This document shows positions 1-14,378 of a stretch of 51,013 nt of DNA, piece after piece; position 1 is the first letter of the stretch, and each line of letters begins with the position of its first letter. Both the position numbers and the translations under genes were made by a program. Source of the DNA: Octopus bimaculoides. Taxonomy: Eukaryota. Location of the stretch: positions 68,906,922 through 68,957,934 of the forward strand of contig NC_068985.1 in NCBI RefSeq assembly GCF_001194135.2. The letters run 5' to 3'. The notes under the pieces were generated by a model, which was not told the origin of the DNA, searched no databases, and saw only the letters and a list, made by a program, of their open reading frames with translations.

Positions 1-150
1 AAACACACACACACAAACACACACACACACACACACACACAAACGCACGCACGCACGCACACATTCATTACTTTTCATTTGTCTCTACGTGTATCTATGT
101 GTGTGCGAGAGTGTGTATTGGTGTGTGCGTGTGTGCATGCGTGTGTGTGT
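1..150. repeat. (CA)n/(GT)n compound microsatellite
   Basis: Direct reading: CA run at 1-62, GT-rich run at about 95-150. Confidence 0.95.
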
Positions 151-684
151 CACTGTTGAAGTTGTATTTTCGAAATTGTGAATAAAGTGCAAGTCTCGAG
201 GACTTGTCGGTAACATTTTGTTTTTTTACTCTTCGTCTTCTAATGGTAATTACTCAACTTTCTAGCCTCTTTTCACAGCTATCCCCAGTTCAAAATTTAT
301 AGGGGCAGTTAAAAAAAATTCATTCAATAAACAATGTTTTATATTACGTATACATTAATAGGAAATTAAAACTTAAAAGAGAAAATGAGAGATTTTGCAA
401 ATGAAAATGGAATACTCCGCATTGAATGCAATGTATATTTAAATTTGTGATGAACGGGACGCTGTGAATATTTACGTTTGCGAGAAATTGGAGTTTAAAA
501 AAATTCAATAAACTTGAGAAATCGAAATTATAGGAAATTTCTTAGAGTAAGAATTTATAAAAAAAATATTTCCAGACGGTCAACCCTTTAATAATTGATT
601 TCTTTTAGTGTTTTAGTAATTGTTACATACCTAATTAAGAAGCAGCTTTCTCCATTATATTATAGATTATCTTTATTTTCATTA

Positions 685-866
685 TTATTGTTGTTGATGT
701 TGTTTTCTCGTTGTTGTTGGCGTTGTTGTTGTTGTTGTTGTTGTTGTTGTTACTGTTGCTGCTGTTGCTGTTGTTAAATGATGATGATGATGTTGATGGT
801 GGTGGTGATGGTGGTGATGACGATGACGACGACGATAACGACAACGACGATGATGATGATGATGAA
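685..866. repeat. Compound trinucleotide repeat (GTT/GCT/GAT/GGT/GAC)
   Basis: Direct reading; explains the poly-C, poly-N and poly-S ORFs at 595-934. Confidence 0.95.
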
Positions 867-2004
867 CACTGACAGAAACATTTCCTCTTTTTTCTAATTG
901 TACTTAGCAAGATAGGAATGAAACCGAATTGCAATAGGAAAATTCCGTTTAATGAAAATGGGTGGAGCTAAAGGAAAACAGACCATCTGTAAGATCTTTA
1001 ATAACCTCTGGCTTAAATGTACAATAAAACCCCAAAGCCATCCATCAGTGACTAAATGTCGGAAAAAATAAAAAGAATTCACTGACAGCATGAAAGGATG
1101 AAATAAAAATAGAAAATGGTAATAGAAAATAAAAGCAGCATAGATTTATAAAGCAAATGCAATAATAAGAAAAATAGTAATAAAATGAGATTGCAGTAAC
1201 ATCTTCAGGAGCAAGAATAGATGATATAAAACTAAAGCTAGGAAAAACTTAACAAGGGTAATAAAAACAAACACTAGAGAAATTTAGATAGAGATCGGAT
1301 GCTTGAGAGACAGATGGAGAAAAGGCAGATTGAGAGGTGGGATAGCGATTTTATATGAGGGTGGTTTGTTGCTACGAGTATAATGAAAGTGACACCAGCC
1401 AGAGAAAGAAGAGATACAGATTTGGATAGGAGGTAATAGTAGCAATGTTAATGGTGATGCTTTAGATGGTTTAGGTAGGGTTGGTGGCTTATATAGGGGG
1501 TGGTCTGTGCACGAGCCGAGGTATTAAATTAGAGCTCCTTGCAAATAATGTAACCATTTTCGTTGATTGTTCTCAACAACAAGCTGTCTCGTATTTCAAA
1601 CTTACATCAAGAAATTTTTTATACATGACTGCAGCAAAATCACCCTCACCGTCTCCTGATTCACCACCATCTCTTGAAACTTCATTTTCGGCATCACCAC
1701 AGCCGACACCATGCCTGCAGATCCGCCTTTGGCGTCGTTGTCTGCAGCAGCACCATCGTCATCGTCATTAGGATCGAGAACAGTAGCTCCGGCATTGCAC
1801 ATATTATTAACCTTGAAGATAATACTATCCCTCCACCACCATCTCCTGGCAGTGCTTCCTCATAATATTCACGACCACTTCCTTCTTCTTTTTGTCTTTC
1901 GTCACTTCATAATTATGATCGTCATTATTTTCATTAACATCGATGTCACAGAAAACTTCACTACCCTACCAGCGCCTTTTTCTGTCACCTCCTCCTCACA
2001 CCCA

Positions 2005-2150
2005 TGGACATCATCGTCATCGTCGTCATCGTCGTCGTTATGAGGATGATCAAGATGATCATGATGATGATGAGATTCATCATCATCAGTAGCAGCAGCA
2101 GCAGCGGCAGCAGCAGCAGCGGCAGCAGCAGNNNNNNNNNNGGCAGCGGC
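2005..2150. repeat. Compound (TCG/GAT/GCA)n repeat around a 10-N gap
   Basis: Direct reading. Confidence 0.9.
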
Positions 2151-3228
2151 AACTCCAATTGCTAGAAAGGGAGCCTGTAATTGACCTCTCGCTCTATTTA
2201 GATTAACAGACAAATCTTCCAAACTTCGACGATTACAGATTTAAATAAATCATGAATATATAGAAAATGTTATAATGCTACAAAAGAATGCGAGGTGCCG
2301 CGGCTCAAACGCTTTTGACCGAAGGAATTGTCGTTAAAGTTTGAAAGGTTAAACGCTAACAAGAACACCATCAGCAATAAACGAGTCACTGACCACTTGC
2401 TTTGCTAAAATTCTTTTAAACACCTATAAGATATATATAAAAATAGTACTGGTTTATTTAATCTCAGATATTCAAAAAGTCGAGGTGGTCACCACTTTCA
2501 CCATTTTGATCATAGGTCTATTCAATCAGTGCTTAACCGCCATTTATAAAAAATAACAACAAATGTATAAATGCTATCACCATCCCTGCTACTACGATAT
2601 TTTACATTGTGATAAACATTAGCTCTGCTGTAAAATTAACATTGTTTTACAATCATCTTTCATATCTCTGTCTTTGTATGTGATACTCCATTTCATATAT
2701 CGTGTGTGTATCCATGCTGACTTGTCCCATCTTATTTCCGTTGGTCGTCCGCGTCTCCATCGAGTTTTAACAGACCTTGACTTTTTAATAAGCTCTTCCC
2801 TCATTTTACGTCCTGTTTATTCGCACGGATCGCAAACAGATTTCGCGAAGTTTCTATCTATCTCTACAGACGCTCACTACTTCTCATTACTTCACTAATT
2901 TATTCACGAAGCGCTATATTCTTTCTTTGTCACAGTTAAAGTATATTCCATTTTTGCAATATCTTTTGCTGACATAGAGTATCACAAGTTTCACTCATTT
3001 CACTTATAAACATCACCAGTACTACAGCCTACACAACCACCATTTTCGCAATTAGCAACAACATTCCCAGCACCACTGATTTCACCGGCGCTCCTTTGTT
3101 TCCTTTATATCATCATCATAGTCTTCACCAAAATGTTCTTCACGATATCATTACTTACACGGTTTTCACTCTGAAAATACCACCGATACGAACGCCAGCA
3201 CCATAAAGTTGATCAACAGCATCATAAA

Positions 3229-3300
<72 letters not shown>
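3229..3300. repeat. (CAT)n microsatellite
   Basis: Perfect CAT run. Confidence 0.97.
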
Positions 3301-3301
<1 letters not shown>

Positions 3302-3846
3302 GTCACCTTCTCATTCATGCCTCATCACCATCATCAGTCTCATTACGATCGTCATCAATAATATTAATACACTAACTTTTTTGATTTTGTACGAACCTGC
3401 TGTGTGCGCCACACTTACTTCAAAGAAGTGGCAAAACGAGAGTGAGGAGAACAGAGAGGAAGGGATAGAGAAAGAGAGAGTGAGAGAGAAAGAAAGAGAG
3501 TGAAAGAGACAGTTTGTGGTGACGGCGTTCGTTTTGTGTTTTTAAATGTTTATCACATCGCAAGAGAAGTACACATTGTTAAATCAAAAGCGGGAGAGAA
3601 GAGGGACACAAAAGAAGTGAAAGAGAGAATGTGAGAGAGACAGTAGATACATAAATCCTAAGAAAAGTTCATACATAGATACATACACACAGCAAATACG
3701 CGATGCCAATTTTACATTGTATTACCATACGAAGATAAAATTAACTAAAGAATGGCTGAGTATTCCACAGACATGCATAACATTAACGTAGTTAAGGCTG
3801 GCCCTTTTGAATTGCAGCAACAACCCGAGATATATATATGAAAATA

Positions 3847-3914
<68 letters not shown>

Positions 3915-4204
3915 CATAGTTTAGGTTAGCTAAAGCATGTTTGCAGTAATGTGTCGCGTGGTGGAAATAAATGCAATTACCCAACTTTAACTCATAAATC
4001 CATTTATTATTTCGTTCTTTCGCATTTCAATTTGTACATTAACTTTCTTTGAATATGTACGATGTATTATAAGGTTAAATGGTAATTCCGCTTATGTTTG
4101 TGTAACGGAGCTATTTTGGTTGGATTATATATTCATTGGTGTTACATTACTTTCTATATTCAGTAACTGTCACAGAATACTTTTCTATGCCTGATTTTTT
4201 TGTA

Positions 4205-4325
4205 GGGAGGGCCCAGTTGATTTGATTGACCTCAGTACACAACTGATACTTAATTTATCGAACCCCAAAGGACGAAATGCAAAGTCAATCTCGGCAGAAT
4301 TTGAACTCAGAACGTAAAGACAGGC
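4205..4325 (-). mobile_element. tRNA-derived SINE (octopus-type), partial
   Basis: Reverse complement of the plus-strand copy at 36605-36795; shared core gacc(c/t)cagtac(g/a)caactgatacttaatttatcga...gaatttgaactcagaacgtaaagac. Confidence 0.85.
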
Positions 4326-5057
4326 CGTCATAATATACAAACATTTCTCATGCCACCAGTACACTGTTTACATATGCTTACATTTTTTTTTGCTTTCCAT
4401 GAATTTTTCACGGGTCCAGTTAGTTAAGAGTATTATACTTAAACACAACAGAAACAGTCAGCTAAGAAAGGAATCCCTTCTACCTCACAAGATCAAAAAA
4501 CAAAAATAAAAGCAGAGAGACGCCTTCAGCTCAAATCCTGATAAGTTAGAATATACTTATCACAGTTGAATAGGAGATGAAGAAGACTAAACTGTAAATT
4601 CACAATAGGCAGGTCTTTATAAGCTCCGAATTTTGGACAATATTGTATCAAATATTAACGTGAAAGAAGAAATATTAACGTTATTACTCCACCTCTTGAA
4701 AATAGGAGGATGTTATTCTTAGCACTTCATTCTAACATCTTCAAAATGAAAGTCACAATATAAGGTAGTCCTAGAGATATAGTAAGTCGGAACAATTGGA
4801 CGGGATCACCATCTTTGCTCATAAATTGTTTCGTTGAGAACTGAACTGGGATTCATGAAACACACTACGGTCACTTTGCGTTAACAAGGAAATGCTGTGC
4901 AGTCCAGTCGACTGGATAAAAATGGCCAAGAATTTCACCCCAAATTTCAGAAGATTGTATTTAAGAAAAGGAACGAATTCAGTATATGAAAAAAAGCTAT
5001 TGGTAACTTAAATGTTCATGAAAGATGGGCTGTTTACTGTTGGAAGACTTCTGATAA

Positions 5058-5790
5058 CACTGGACATCACAGATTTTGCTACTAGGGTAAAAACATGTTT
5101 TTGAGTAAATCGAGGATGCTGATTCCGAATCCGCACTCAGAATTGTTCTAACACGTCAGAATTTTCAGTTTTGTGCATGCTTATTTTTATAATTAGAGTT
5201 TCGGCTAACTACAGACCGTATTATAAACTTTGTTGAAATGAAAGCAGTCTTAATTCAAAATTAAAGAAATAACAGCAATAAGCAAACGATGAAAGAGTTC
5301 ATTATTTAGTTTAGCAATGGATGGTGCTGACGTATTGTGTGCAATGCCAAATACATCAGTTTGTTCTTAGTAACTCTCAGTGTCGTTTGCGCTGCCGTCA
5401 CGTGTGATATGTGTATCTCTCGCTCTGCATGATTACTATTTCAACTGCGTTCATTGTGCCAGATCATAAATAGGAGAGGATGTGTGAATCACCCAGATAA
5501 CTTTTGTTATGTCTGGAAAATTCGCTCTACGTGACCAGCTGTAGAACATTGCCATCCAATTAAAAACTGCCTATAAATATTATTTCGGGTGTAAATTTGG
5601 GGACCCAGACAAGAGTGGGCACCTCATATATGCTGCACTGTGTGCTACTCAGGGCTTAGACAGTGGCTAACTGGTAAACGGAAGGGAATGCCTTATGTTG
5701 TACCAGTGGTATAATGTGAACCAAAAAATCAAGTCACTGACTGTTACATATGCATGACTAATAATAGTGGTTTCTCAAAGACATCGTTGA
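5058..5790 (+). mobile_element. Chapaev3-like (CMC superfamily) DNA transposon, 5' end with degenerate transposase N-terminus
   Basis: From about 5472, across two frameshifts and two stops: RRGCVNHPDNFCYV-GKF...AYKYYFGCKFGDPDK-WAPHICCTVCYSGLRQWLTGKRKGMPYVVPVV*CEPKNQVTDCYICMTN. This is the Cys-rich zinc-binding N-terminus I associate with Chapaev3 transposases. A putative left terminus CACTGGAC at 5058 is preceded by TAA. The right end and catalytic core are absent. Confidence 0.7.
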
Positions 5791-6965
5791 TGTGGCTGTT
5801 GGCGACAGCCGCAAAATTTCTTTTCTTCACTTGTTCCTCCATTACTTTGACAGACCTCAATAGTTCCTCCTCAGTAGGCACTGAGGAGGTGAGGCTTTCG
5901 TACTCCATTGTTAATACTTGTGCTAGCCACTTCTTCGAAAGAGAGAAAGTGTCAACGGACTGCCTTAGGGCAGTTAAACTAGTGTAACAAACTGCTTAAA
6001 AAGCACGAAACAATTTTATTAACAATAAATGATTCAACAAAATAACAATCACGTACGTGAATACTGTAGATAAGACTGACTTAAAAAAAAAAAACCCATT
6101 TATTTGCAAAACAGTTTAGAGCAAGTTTTATAGATAGGAAAAGAGCCAATCAGAATTAACCATTATACACACACATACACGCACACGCGCTATTGACTGA
6201 ATGACACATAACACGTAATCGTAAATTCAGGTTGTGACAGCGATGTTAATTAATTGATAAATTAATCTTATCCTTTATTTTCTTGCTTAATAATATTTGA
6301 CATTAATAATATATTTGCTGTATAGATATCTCTTCACAGTATAATACATTAAACCATTGTAACTTAGATGGACTCATCCCTATAAGAGGTTTATATTCTC
6401 AAATTGACTATATATATATTTAACAGAAATAACAGAGTGACTGTTACTTCTGCTAAATATTATAAATAAAAGTACACACACACACACACACACACTCATG
6501 TTTGTGTGTGTATATGTGCGTGTGAGTTCGTGTGTGCATATACAAATTTCATTTCTGCATTCATGAATATAGAAGCAAATTCAATGCATGTATATAGTTT
6601 AATTTTCTGTTTCTTTGCCACACAAGTGGCAATTGTAATGTGAATTAGGAACGCATGATTTGCAGAAGCACTTTATTAAAACATATACTCACCCAGATTC
6701 GGGACTGAAACTCAATAATGCCTTATGCGTAACATCTCATTTCGACATTTGATTTAGGTTCCTCGTTAATCATGTTTTAAACAAGAATAGTACACAAGAG
6801 ACGTTTTGCCTGTTCTATATGCAAATTTCAAATTTACATAAATGGCATTCCGTAAATGTTCGTACTATTCCAATCCATAGGTGCAAATTGTACTAACATT
6901 AGACTTCGTCTCGCTTTTTTTTTATTTCGTTTCCCCATCAATAATATTTTCGTACCTAATCTCTG

Positions 6966-7074
6966 TAGATAGACAGATAGATAGATAGATAGGTAGATAG
7001 ACAGAAAGATAGATAGGTAGATAGAGAGAAAGATAGATAGATAGATAGACAGGCAGACAGACATACAGACATAC

Positions 7075-7129
<55 letters not shown>

Positions 7130-7140
7130 AAGATAGATAT
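6966..7140. repeat. (GATA/GACA)n tetranucleotide microsatellite
   Basis: Direct reading. Confidence 0.97.
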
Positions 7141-7514
7141 ACATTACTTTATTCATAATTATTATTTTTGCTTTTATTACTTAAGATCTGATGATCTCTG
7201 AATATATATACTGAACAGTTTCCAGAAAATATATCGATAAATTTCTCATACACTACTGTAAATCTGTATTGAGATAAAACAATAAGTATTTTAAGATCAA
7301 CTGCACACATGCACCCACATATGTACATACACACAAATATGCATATATACATGCACACACACACACTCAAACAGACACACACAGACACACACGCACAGAC
7401 ACACACACAGACACACACACACACACAGACACACACACACGCAAGCACACACAAACACACACACACACACACACACACACANNNNNNNNNNNNNNNNNNN
7501 NNNNNNNNNNNNNN

Positions 7515-7547
<33 letters not shown>

Positions 7548-7819
7548 ATTGTATTATATGTATTCATAAGAACAAAGGTTCATGAATTCACAGGATGTCA
7601 GAAGAGAAACGAGGTACGATTACATAGAGCCCACATTTATACGAATAACATTGAGTATGCTAAAGTTGACCTTTGCTGCGTTATATGTATAAAATGTTAA
7701 CACAAAATGACGTTTATAATTTAAACACCATTTTTATTCACTCTGACAAAAATTCCTCTTAACTTTTATGTGTATATCTATATGTGGGTATGTTTATAGG
7801 TATGTATGCATATGTGCAT

Positions 7820-8062
7820 GTCAATCCAGGGTTTAAGAATTATTTTTAGGACCTCAATATAAGCGGCATTTGAGTTCACTGTTATGCCTTGTGGAAAGAC
7901 GTAAGGAGGCATCACATGGCCTTCATTGCAGACAACCACTGAAACCATGACAGTTTTAGGAAATTTTGTATGCATAACACTTGGAACTTCGGAAGGGTCT
8001 GCACACAACCATCTGTCGTTTCTTCTGTTAACTTCTTGATCCTGGTCGAAGTTTTTCTCATT
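7820..8062 (-). mobile_element. Tc1/mariner transposase fragment (DD37D/maT-like)
   Basis: Open frame EKNFDQDQEVNRRNDRWLCADPSEVPSVMHTKFPKTVMVSVVVCNEGHVMPPYVFPQGITVNSNAAYIEVLKIILKPWID, which is the segment just after the first catalytic Asp ((D)EKxF). Flanked by simple repeats. Confidence 0.85.
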
Positions 8063-8083
8063 TGTATATATATGTGTGCGTAA

Positions 8084-8114
<31 letters not shown>

Positions 8115-8429
8115 TGTGTGCGTGTGCGGTGTGTGTGTGTGTGTGNNNNNNNNNNGTTAACAGCTCAGCGTTCAGGCGAGTATACTGGCATTGATGTAGC
8201 AACATTTGAAATATTGTCTAGGTAAATCCAGCTGATAAAGACTAATCAAATTTACGATGACCAACGTATTTGAAGAGTCCGAAACCTAGGTACTGGATTA
8301 TCTGATTCTGAGTTGTCCATTTATATAATGTACTTCCTAGAAGTAAGACATTTTTCCTTTTATGTTAGCTGCCTTCAAACGTCTTTGTCAGTATATACAT
8401 ATTGAAGCTTTAGTATAGGGTCATAAATT

Positions 8430-8602
8430 TATCCCCACGAAAGCGTCGTTTCCCGCTGGCTATTCGACACAATATCCGTGTCCTTATATTTCGAAACAGG
8501 AGAGATCACCAACCCCACCTAGTAGAAAACAGCATCTTTGAACTGTTTTCTGGGTCATTGCACTTTATCAGCACAGAATAGCTGCGCGGCTAGACGATGC
8601 TG
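8430..8602. mobile_element. Degenerate MITE-like remnant, related to 48399-48820
   Basis: Imperfect inverted repeat gcgtcgtttcccgctggctattc (8443-8465) / gaatagctgcgcggctagacgatgc (8576-8600). Shares gctggctattcga and ttatccccacg with the left arm of the 48.4 kb element. Confidence 0.5.
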
Positions 8603-8837
8603 CTGAATTCCCGTTCCAAAATATATAATTTACTAAGTTGCAAACAGTTACTGATTTAATAAATGGGCTAAAAAAGAGAAACACTCGTCCCATCGAGTAC
8701 TACCACATTATGTTGGTAAATACTATTTACTTTAAAGTACTGTTATTAAATATCTCTCTTTGAGAGATTTATAAATTATAGTGTTCATATACATATATAT
8801 ATGTGTGTGTGTGTGTGTGTGTATGTGTGTGTGTATG

Positions 8838-8872
<35 letters not shown>

Positions 8873-9792
8873 GTGTATAAATTAAAAATAAGAAAATGGA
8901 GGAATAGTATTTAATAAAGTTTTAAGTAACCTCTAATTGAATTTATATATATATATAAAGAGAGACATAGAGAGAGAATGTATACTCATATATATNNNNN
9001 NNNNNNNNNNNNNNNNNNNNNNNNNNNNNNNNNNNNNNNNNNNNNNNNNNNNNNNNNNNNNNNNNNNNNNNNNNNNNNNNNNNNNNNNNNNNNNNNNNNN
9101 NNNNNNNNNNNNNNNNNNNNNNNNNNNNNNNNNNNNNNNNNNNNNNNNNNNNNNNTATATATATATATATATAGGCATATACGGCTTGCCTTATGTTGCG
9201 GGTTTCTTCAATAAAACAGTATTATGAATGCAGTTTCGCTATTTTCCTCGCTAATAATCTACTGCTTCTTTCTCTTAGAGTTTTTAGTGTGTACTGTAAA
9301 ATATTTTTGTTGATTTTGTAGTTTCACATACCATATTCAATTTTAATATATTAAATCAGAAATAAAAAAAGGAGTCCTATAAGTCAAAAATGAGGTGATG
9401 AAAATAAAAATTAAACCAAAACCAATTTGTTGTCTTCAATTTAATATGCGGATTCAGCCACCTCCGTGAAATATTTAATCAAACATTCATTTATACAATA
9501 AATGTAGCTAAGAAGGGCTTTTAATGAGGGTACAACTTCAAACGGAGTTGTTTCCCGTACACAATTTATTTACATTCAATAAATGCCAGAAAATCTGGGG
9601 CGGTACATTTAGTTTACTTGAAATTATTTCTCTGAAAACAAAATTGGTAAATGCATTCAGATATAACATACTTACCTTCATACACCCATAAACAAATTAC
9701 TACACCCAAAGATAATTATATGTCTCACTCTTACACAGACACTCTCTATGTATATGTGTGTGTGTGTGAGTGTGTGTATCTACCTATCTATC

Positions 9793-9868
<76 letters not shown>

Positions 9869-9912
9869 TGTATGTATATGTGTGTTTGTGTGTGAATGTG
9901 TGTGTATATATG

Positions 9913-9947
<35 letters not shown>

Positions 9948-11223
9948 ATGTATATATATATATATACACGATCATATACATAAACGAACATCTTTTAATT
10001 TGTAGTAATATCGCCAGCTTGGAACACTACCAGCATAATGCAAACATTCTGCTTTGTTTCGTGATTGCTGATATTGTATATGCCACAGGGTTTATTGGAA
10101 GTTGACAGGCATGGTGCTTGAAATGACTTTAATTTATATTTGAATGGATTCTATAATTTTCATTAAAATTTCTCTGCTTGTTATTCCCAAGATATCTGTT
10201 CTACATTGCTTTCATAAAACGTATACGGGCATTCCGCTGCTACTTCATCTTTAATGCTGTAGCAGAAGAGGAAAAACTTAAATCTTTGAAGTTCTGCCTA
10301 TATTTACTCTGCACTTTCGCTGTGAAATATCTGGAATGTCATGACTCACCAATATTTAGAGTGATTCGGGTTTCTAATCAAATAATCAAGTGTGCTATGG
10401 TCAATAGCTTATTATTGTTATTCAGATATTAAATTGAATTTACTTGTGCTACGCTTACTGTACTTAAAATATTGCATACTTCAAACTGCTTGCATAGAGC
10501 AAATTATTGTAACATTAAAAATTTAAAACCACAATGTTCATGGTAATGCACAAGGATACTTAACTTCATTTATGAGTGAAAGAGTACACGTATTTTCCAA
10601 TGCCTTTCACCTTTTCAGAAACTATTCAAGAATTTTATGCGCCGATATATGTATGTGAGTGTGCGCATGTGTGATGTGAAAAGAGAGAGTGAGACAGACA
10701 GAAAGTAGAAAATGTTANNNNNNNNNNAAAGGACACAAAATTATATGGAAGGCTGAACTTTATTGTAAGCAAACAGTTCAGTAAGGCAAAGAATATAGAA
10801 GATTTATATGTTGTCAAAATTATGACAGAAAACGATTAGTCATATATGTCAGCAACGAGGCCAATAGGTTTACAAATGAAGTAAAACGTTGGAAGTGGCA
10901 TGGAGAACATTGAAGGATCATAAAATAGGATACTAAAACTCATTAATTACAAACATCTAACAGCACAGTCAGTACTACTCTACACTTTTGACGGAGTCGA
11001 TTACGACAAACAAGTTTGCAAATCTTGCCAGGACGTTTATAGAATAACTTCGCTGGTACAGCACCGGTTTTCGGTTTCTGGGAAATATTACAAACTGCTT
11101 TAATATATATTGGAATACGTTATACAGAAATATACACATATAGGTGTATGTATGTGTATCTATATATATATATACATATACAACACACATACAAACACCC
11201 CACACCACATATTCGTTTTGTGC

Positions 11224-11268
<45 letters not shown>

Positions 11269-11419
11269 CATATGTATGCCGAATACAGAAGGCATATTTG
11301 TTCTCCAATGCTTTAATAAACATAAATGCGTATGGGTAACACCGATGATAACATACTTGCTTGTCGAAAATTTCATAATTTTATTATTCAATTCTTTTAT
11401 GTTCAGGAAAAAGTACCAA

Positions 11420-11800
11420 TAATTGAAATAAAGGCTCGAAATATATGCAAATTATCAACATCAATGGCGGACTCCAGGCCTCATTGAAGTAGAGGAAAAA
11501 CAACAGGCAACAGAAGATCGAGGTTTCTCAAGCTGACTACCATACGTATACAATAGAGGAGAGAGGTAGAAAGAGACAAAGCTATTCCAACATCAATAAC
11601 CTCCAACAGCAACATCACCCACAAAAATGCCAAGCCCTTAGAGAGCAAGACTGACAATATGAACAACCACAATAATAATATCAATTTAAACAATATCAGT
11701 AATAGTATGAGCGCTCCGTCATAAATCCGATAAAGAAACTAGTAGCCAGGTAACTGTGAAGATCATGGTATCGGTCTTGAACTAATGAGTTTCTGGCGAA
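11420..11800 (+). mobile_element. Possible Tx1/L1 ORF1 remnant belonging to the downstream LINE
   Basis: aacatcacccacaaaaa (about 11612) also occurs in the ORF1 tail of the minus-strand copy at about 27550. Weak peptide resemblance only (IEVEEKQ; GIGLELM). Confidence 0.3.
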
Positions 11801-12179
11801 CATATACAGGGTACATTGATATGAGTTTCTCTGGTCAGTGGTGGGCATCATGTAGTACGCCACCACATACCACTCACCCTACATCGCACACGCATTAACG
11901 TCCCACATACCGTATGTACTCACTCACATGACGCTGCACCTCAAAATTCACACACATATACACACACATGTACGTACATATTCCTACATACACGCACCTC
12001 CAACACACATACAGAGTTATTTGCGCTTGAATGTATGTTCAAAATTTCGAGCCACGTTCATCGTTACCTACCCACAAGAACAAATATTTCCGCATTACCA
12101 TACTATAACCTCGTTCTAATGTTACGCTGCTCCTCACTTGTACCCTCACACGTATACGCTAAGATAGGCATGCATCAAA

Positions 12180-14378
12180 TAATGAAGTTTTCGGAGTTCT
12201 GCAAAAAGAAGGTAATAGCAAATAAAATTAGGAAAAAGTGGCTGAATGCACGTGTTCGAAGACGCCAAATGTGGGATAGTTGTCGCTAGGATCTTTGTCA
12301 TCATATGCCAGACATGTTTGGAGCCTCTCCACAGATAACTTTTGCAATTAGTGAAACAATGGGTGATCCCCCAGTCCTGCAAAACGAGGGCTGGTACTGA
12401 TACAAAGAAAGGAGCCGAAACGTCTGCAGATTTAGATATCGTGCCCAAGGAAGATACTTCGGAACGAAGCGAACACCTACATTACGTTCGTCGTCTACTA
12501 GGGCTTGAATGCTGTACCTTGCTCGTCACGCTTGATCCGACAGCTGCGCTCGCACTTCCACTTTCTGTTGAGGTGAGTAATCGACGGCTGTTCCAAAATA
12601 TTACTTAATAGTTTGGCGATTATCGTCGATTATCTGATAGACGAGATATAGGCATACGCCATCCCGAAATTTATTTATGACGTTCTCCACCTAACATGAT
12701 AAAAGATTAAATGGGTGGCTACGGAAGTTTGCACGGTTGGGGCTAAATCAATTTAGATTTGTCAAAACTATTTATTAGAGTAGAAAAATATTCCTGGTAG
12801 AAGTTTTATTGCCGGCTTGTTTCAGTTCCATCTGCAAAGTTCGATACTTGCGGAGTACAGCGACATCTGCTCAATGGTTAGAATAAATTTCCATCTATCC
12901 AAACCGACCACTAACATTTGTTCAATAAGTCGAACATGCCCCTTTTTCCTTTACTGTACGTGATGGTGCCATAGACACTCCTACGGAAATTAATTGTACC
13001 AAGGGTCATTTTGTGTCGCGTGAACTAGTATGTCAGAGAGTTGTATTAGCACATGTTTGTGATGTACCTGTAATAATGGCGGACACAAACACACCCAGAT
13101 TATCGATATTGTTATGAAGGAGCACAATTCAGCAACAGAAGCGAATATCAACCTTGAATATATCAGTGATTCTGAACGGTCGTTTGGAGGTTGCGAACAC
13201 CTTCATTGCAAACATCATCGACTACCCACTGAGTGCGATGATTTTACCAAACCTCCTGGCTGGCCAGACTAGAACTCTTGGTCTATTACTTTCTATAGAG
13301 GGGAAGTGTTCCACTGGTTAGGCTATCCTTTTTCTGTCAACAACCGCTGCGTGGATGACTGGACAACACTTGTCCAATGTTGTGCAAACAAGCGCTAATT
13401 CTGCTTCATCGTCACAGCTTTTGTGGTGGGTAGGCAGAGGGTTCGCTGTTTGTTAAATGGACTTTACAACAGCTAGTCTCTTTGACACAACATCAATCCT
13501 GGATCAGAAGTCGACTGAGGCATCGCCTCTGGTACCAAATGTCAGGCGCTCACATTTCTTTGCCAGTTGGGCAATGTTGTTAGTGCAAATTCCATTATAA
13601 GAGACGTGCAAAAGAGAGAATGTGCTTGTGAGACGCTAGGCGTTGATGAAAATCATCCAGCTATCCTGTTCCAGACGATCTTCCCGCTGAGGCTCATGAA
13701 TTATTTCCAGAAAACCCAGTCCTTGCTGAGCTACAAGAAGGCATTACTCTTTCGAAATTAACTCTGTAGAAACGGTAGGGCTATCAATCAGGTGCGTCCA
13801 AGAAACGCATACAGTGCCGAAAGTTCTGCGTACACGCTCGTATAGTGCCCGAGTATTGTTATGTGAAGGTATGTCAAACGGCTGCTATCTCTTGTAGAAC
13901 GGATTTGGCTATCGGTGCATTCCATTTTGTAGATAAAAATACCGCCTTTCTTTGCCAGGGTAGGTTGAGAAATGTTCCACTAGCCTGTTCTTAGGACTTA
14001 CCCTTATCAACTTCTTTAAGGTAAGTGAGGTTGAAGATGCAGTTGCTGATACCCAGTAAATCTTTTGTTAGGTGGGTGAGTGTCACGGGGATGTCCCACG
14101 CGAGTGGGCGTAAACTTAGCTCGCAGCTTTAGGATGGAGTGAACTCATGGGAGAGGAGCATCGGAGTCGGTGTGACTCAGAATATGTGGGGTTTCTTGGT
14201 TTGCCTTCCGGGCACATTTTTGCTTTAATTTTCTTGTTAATTGTTTTGTTTTTATTTTTTACATACATTTATATAAATACATCATGTCCTTAGTCTTTGA
14301 ATTGTTCTAATTTTTTTATGCAGCTCTTGTGACCAGTAAAGGAATTATTATTATTATTTTACTATTATTTTATTGTTA

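Noticed and set aside
1481-2222. Several overlapping Ser/Pro/His/Ala-rich ORFs
   Set aside because: Decayed trinucleotide repeat region, open in several frames on both strands; no domain or splice support.
10340-10410. Minus-strand short frame (IDHSTLDYLIRNPNHSKY) ending at a GTGAGT donor-like site
   Set aside because: Upstream in-frame stops, no credible acceptor tract and no recognisable homology.
10960-11102. Plus-strand frame YTFDGVDYDKQVCKSCQDVYR with a CxxC
   Set aside because: Short, no start or splice context, no family match.
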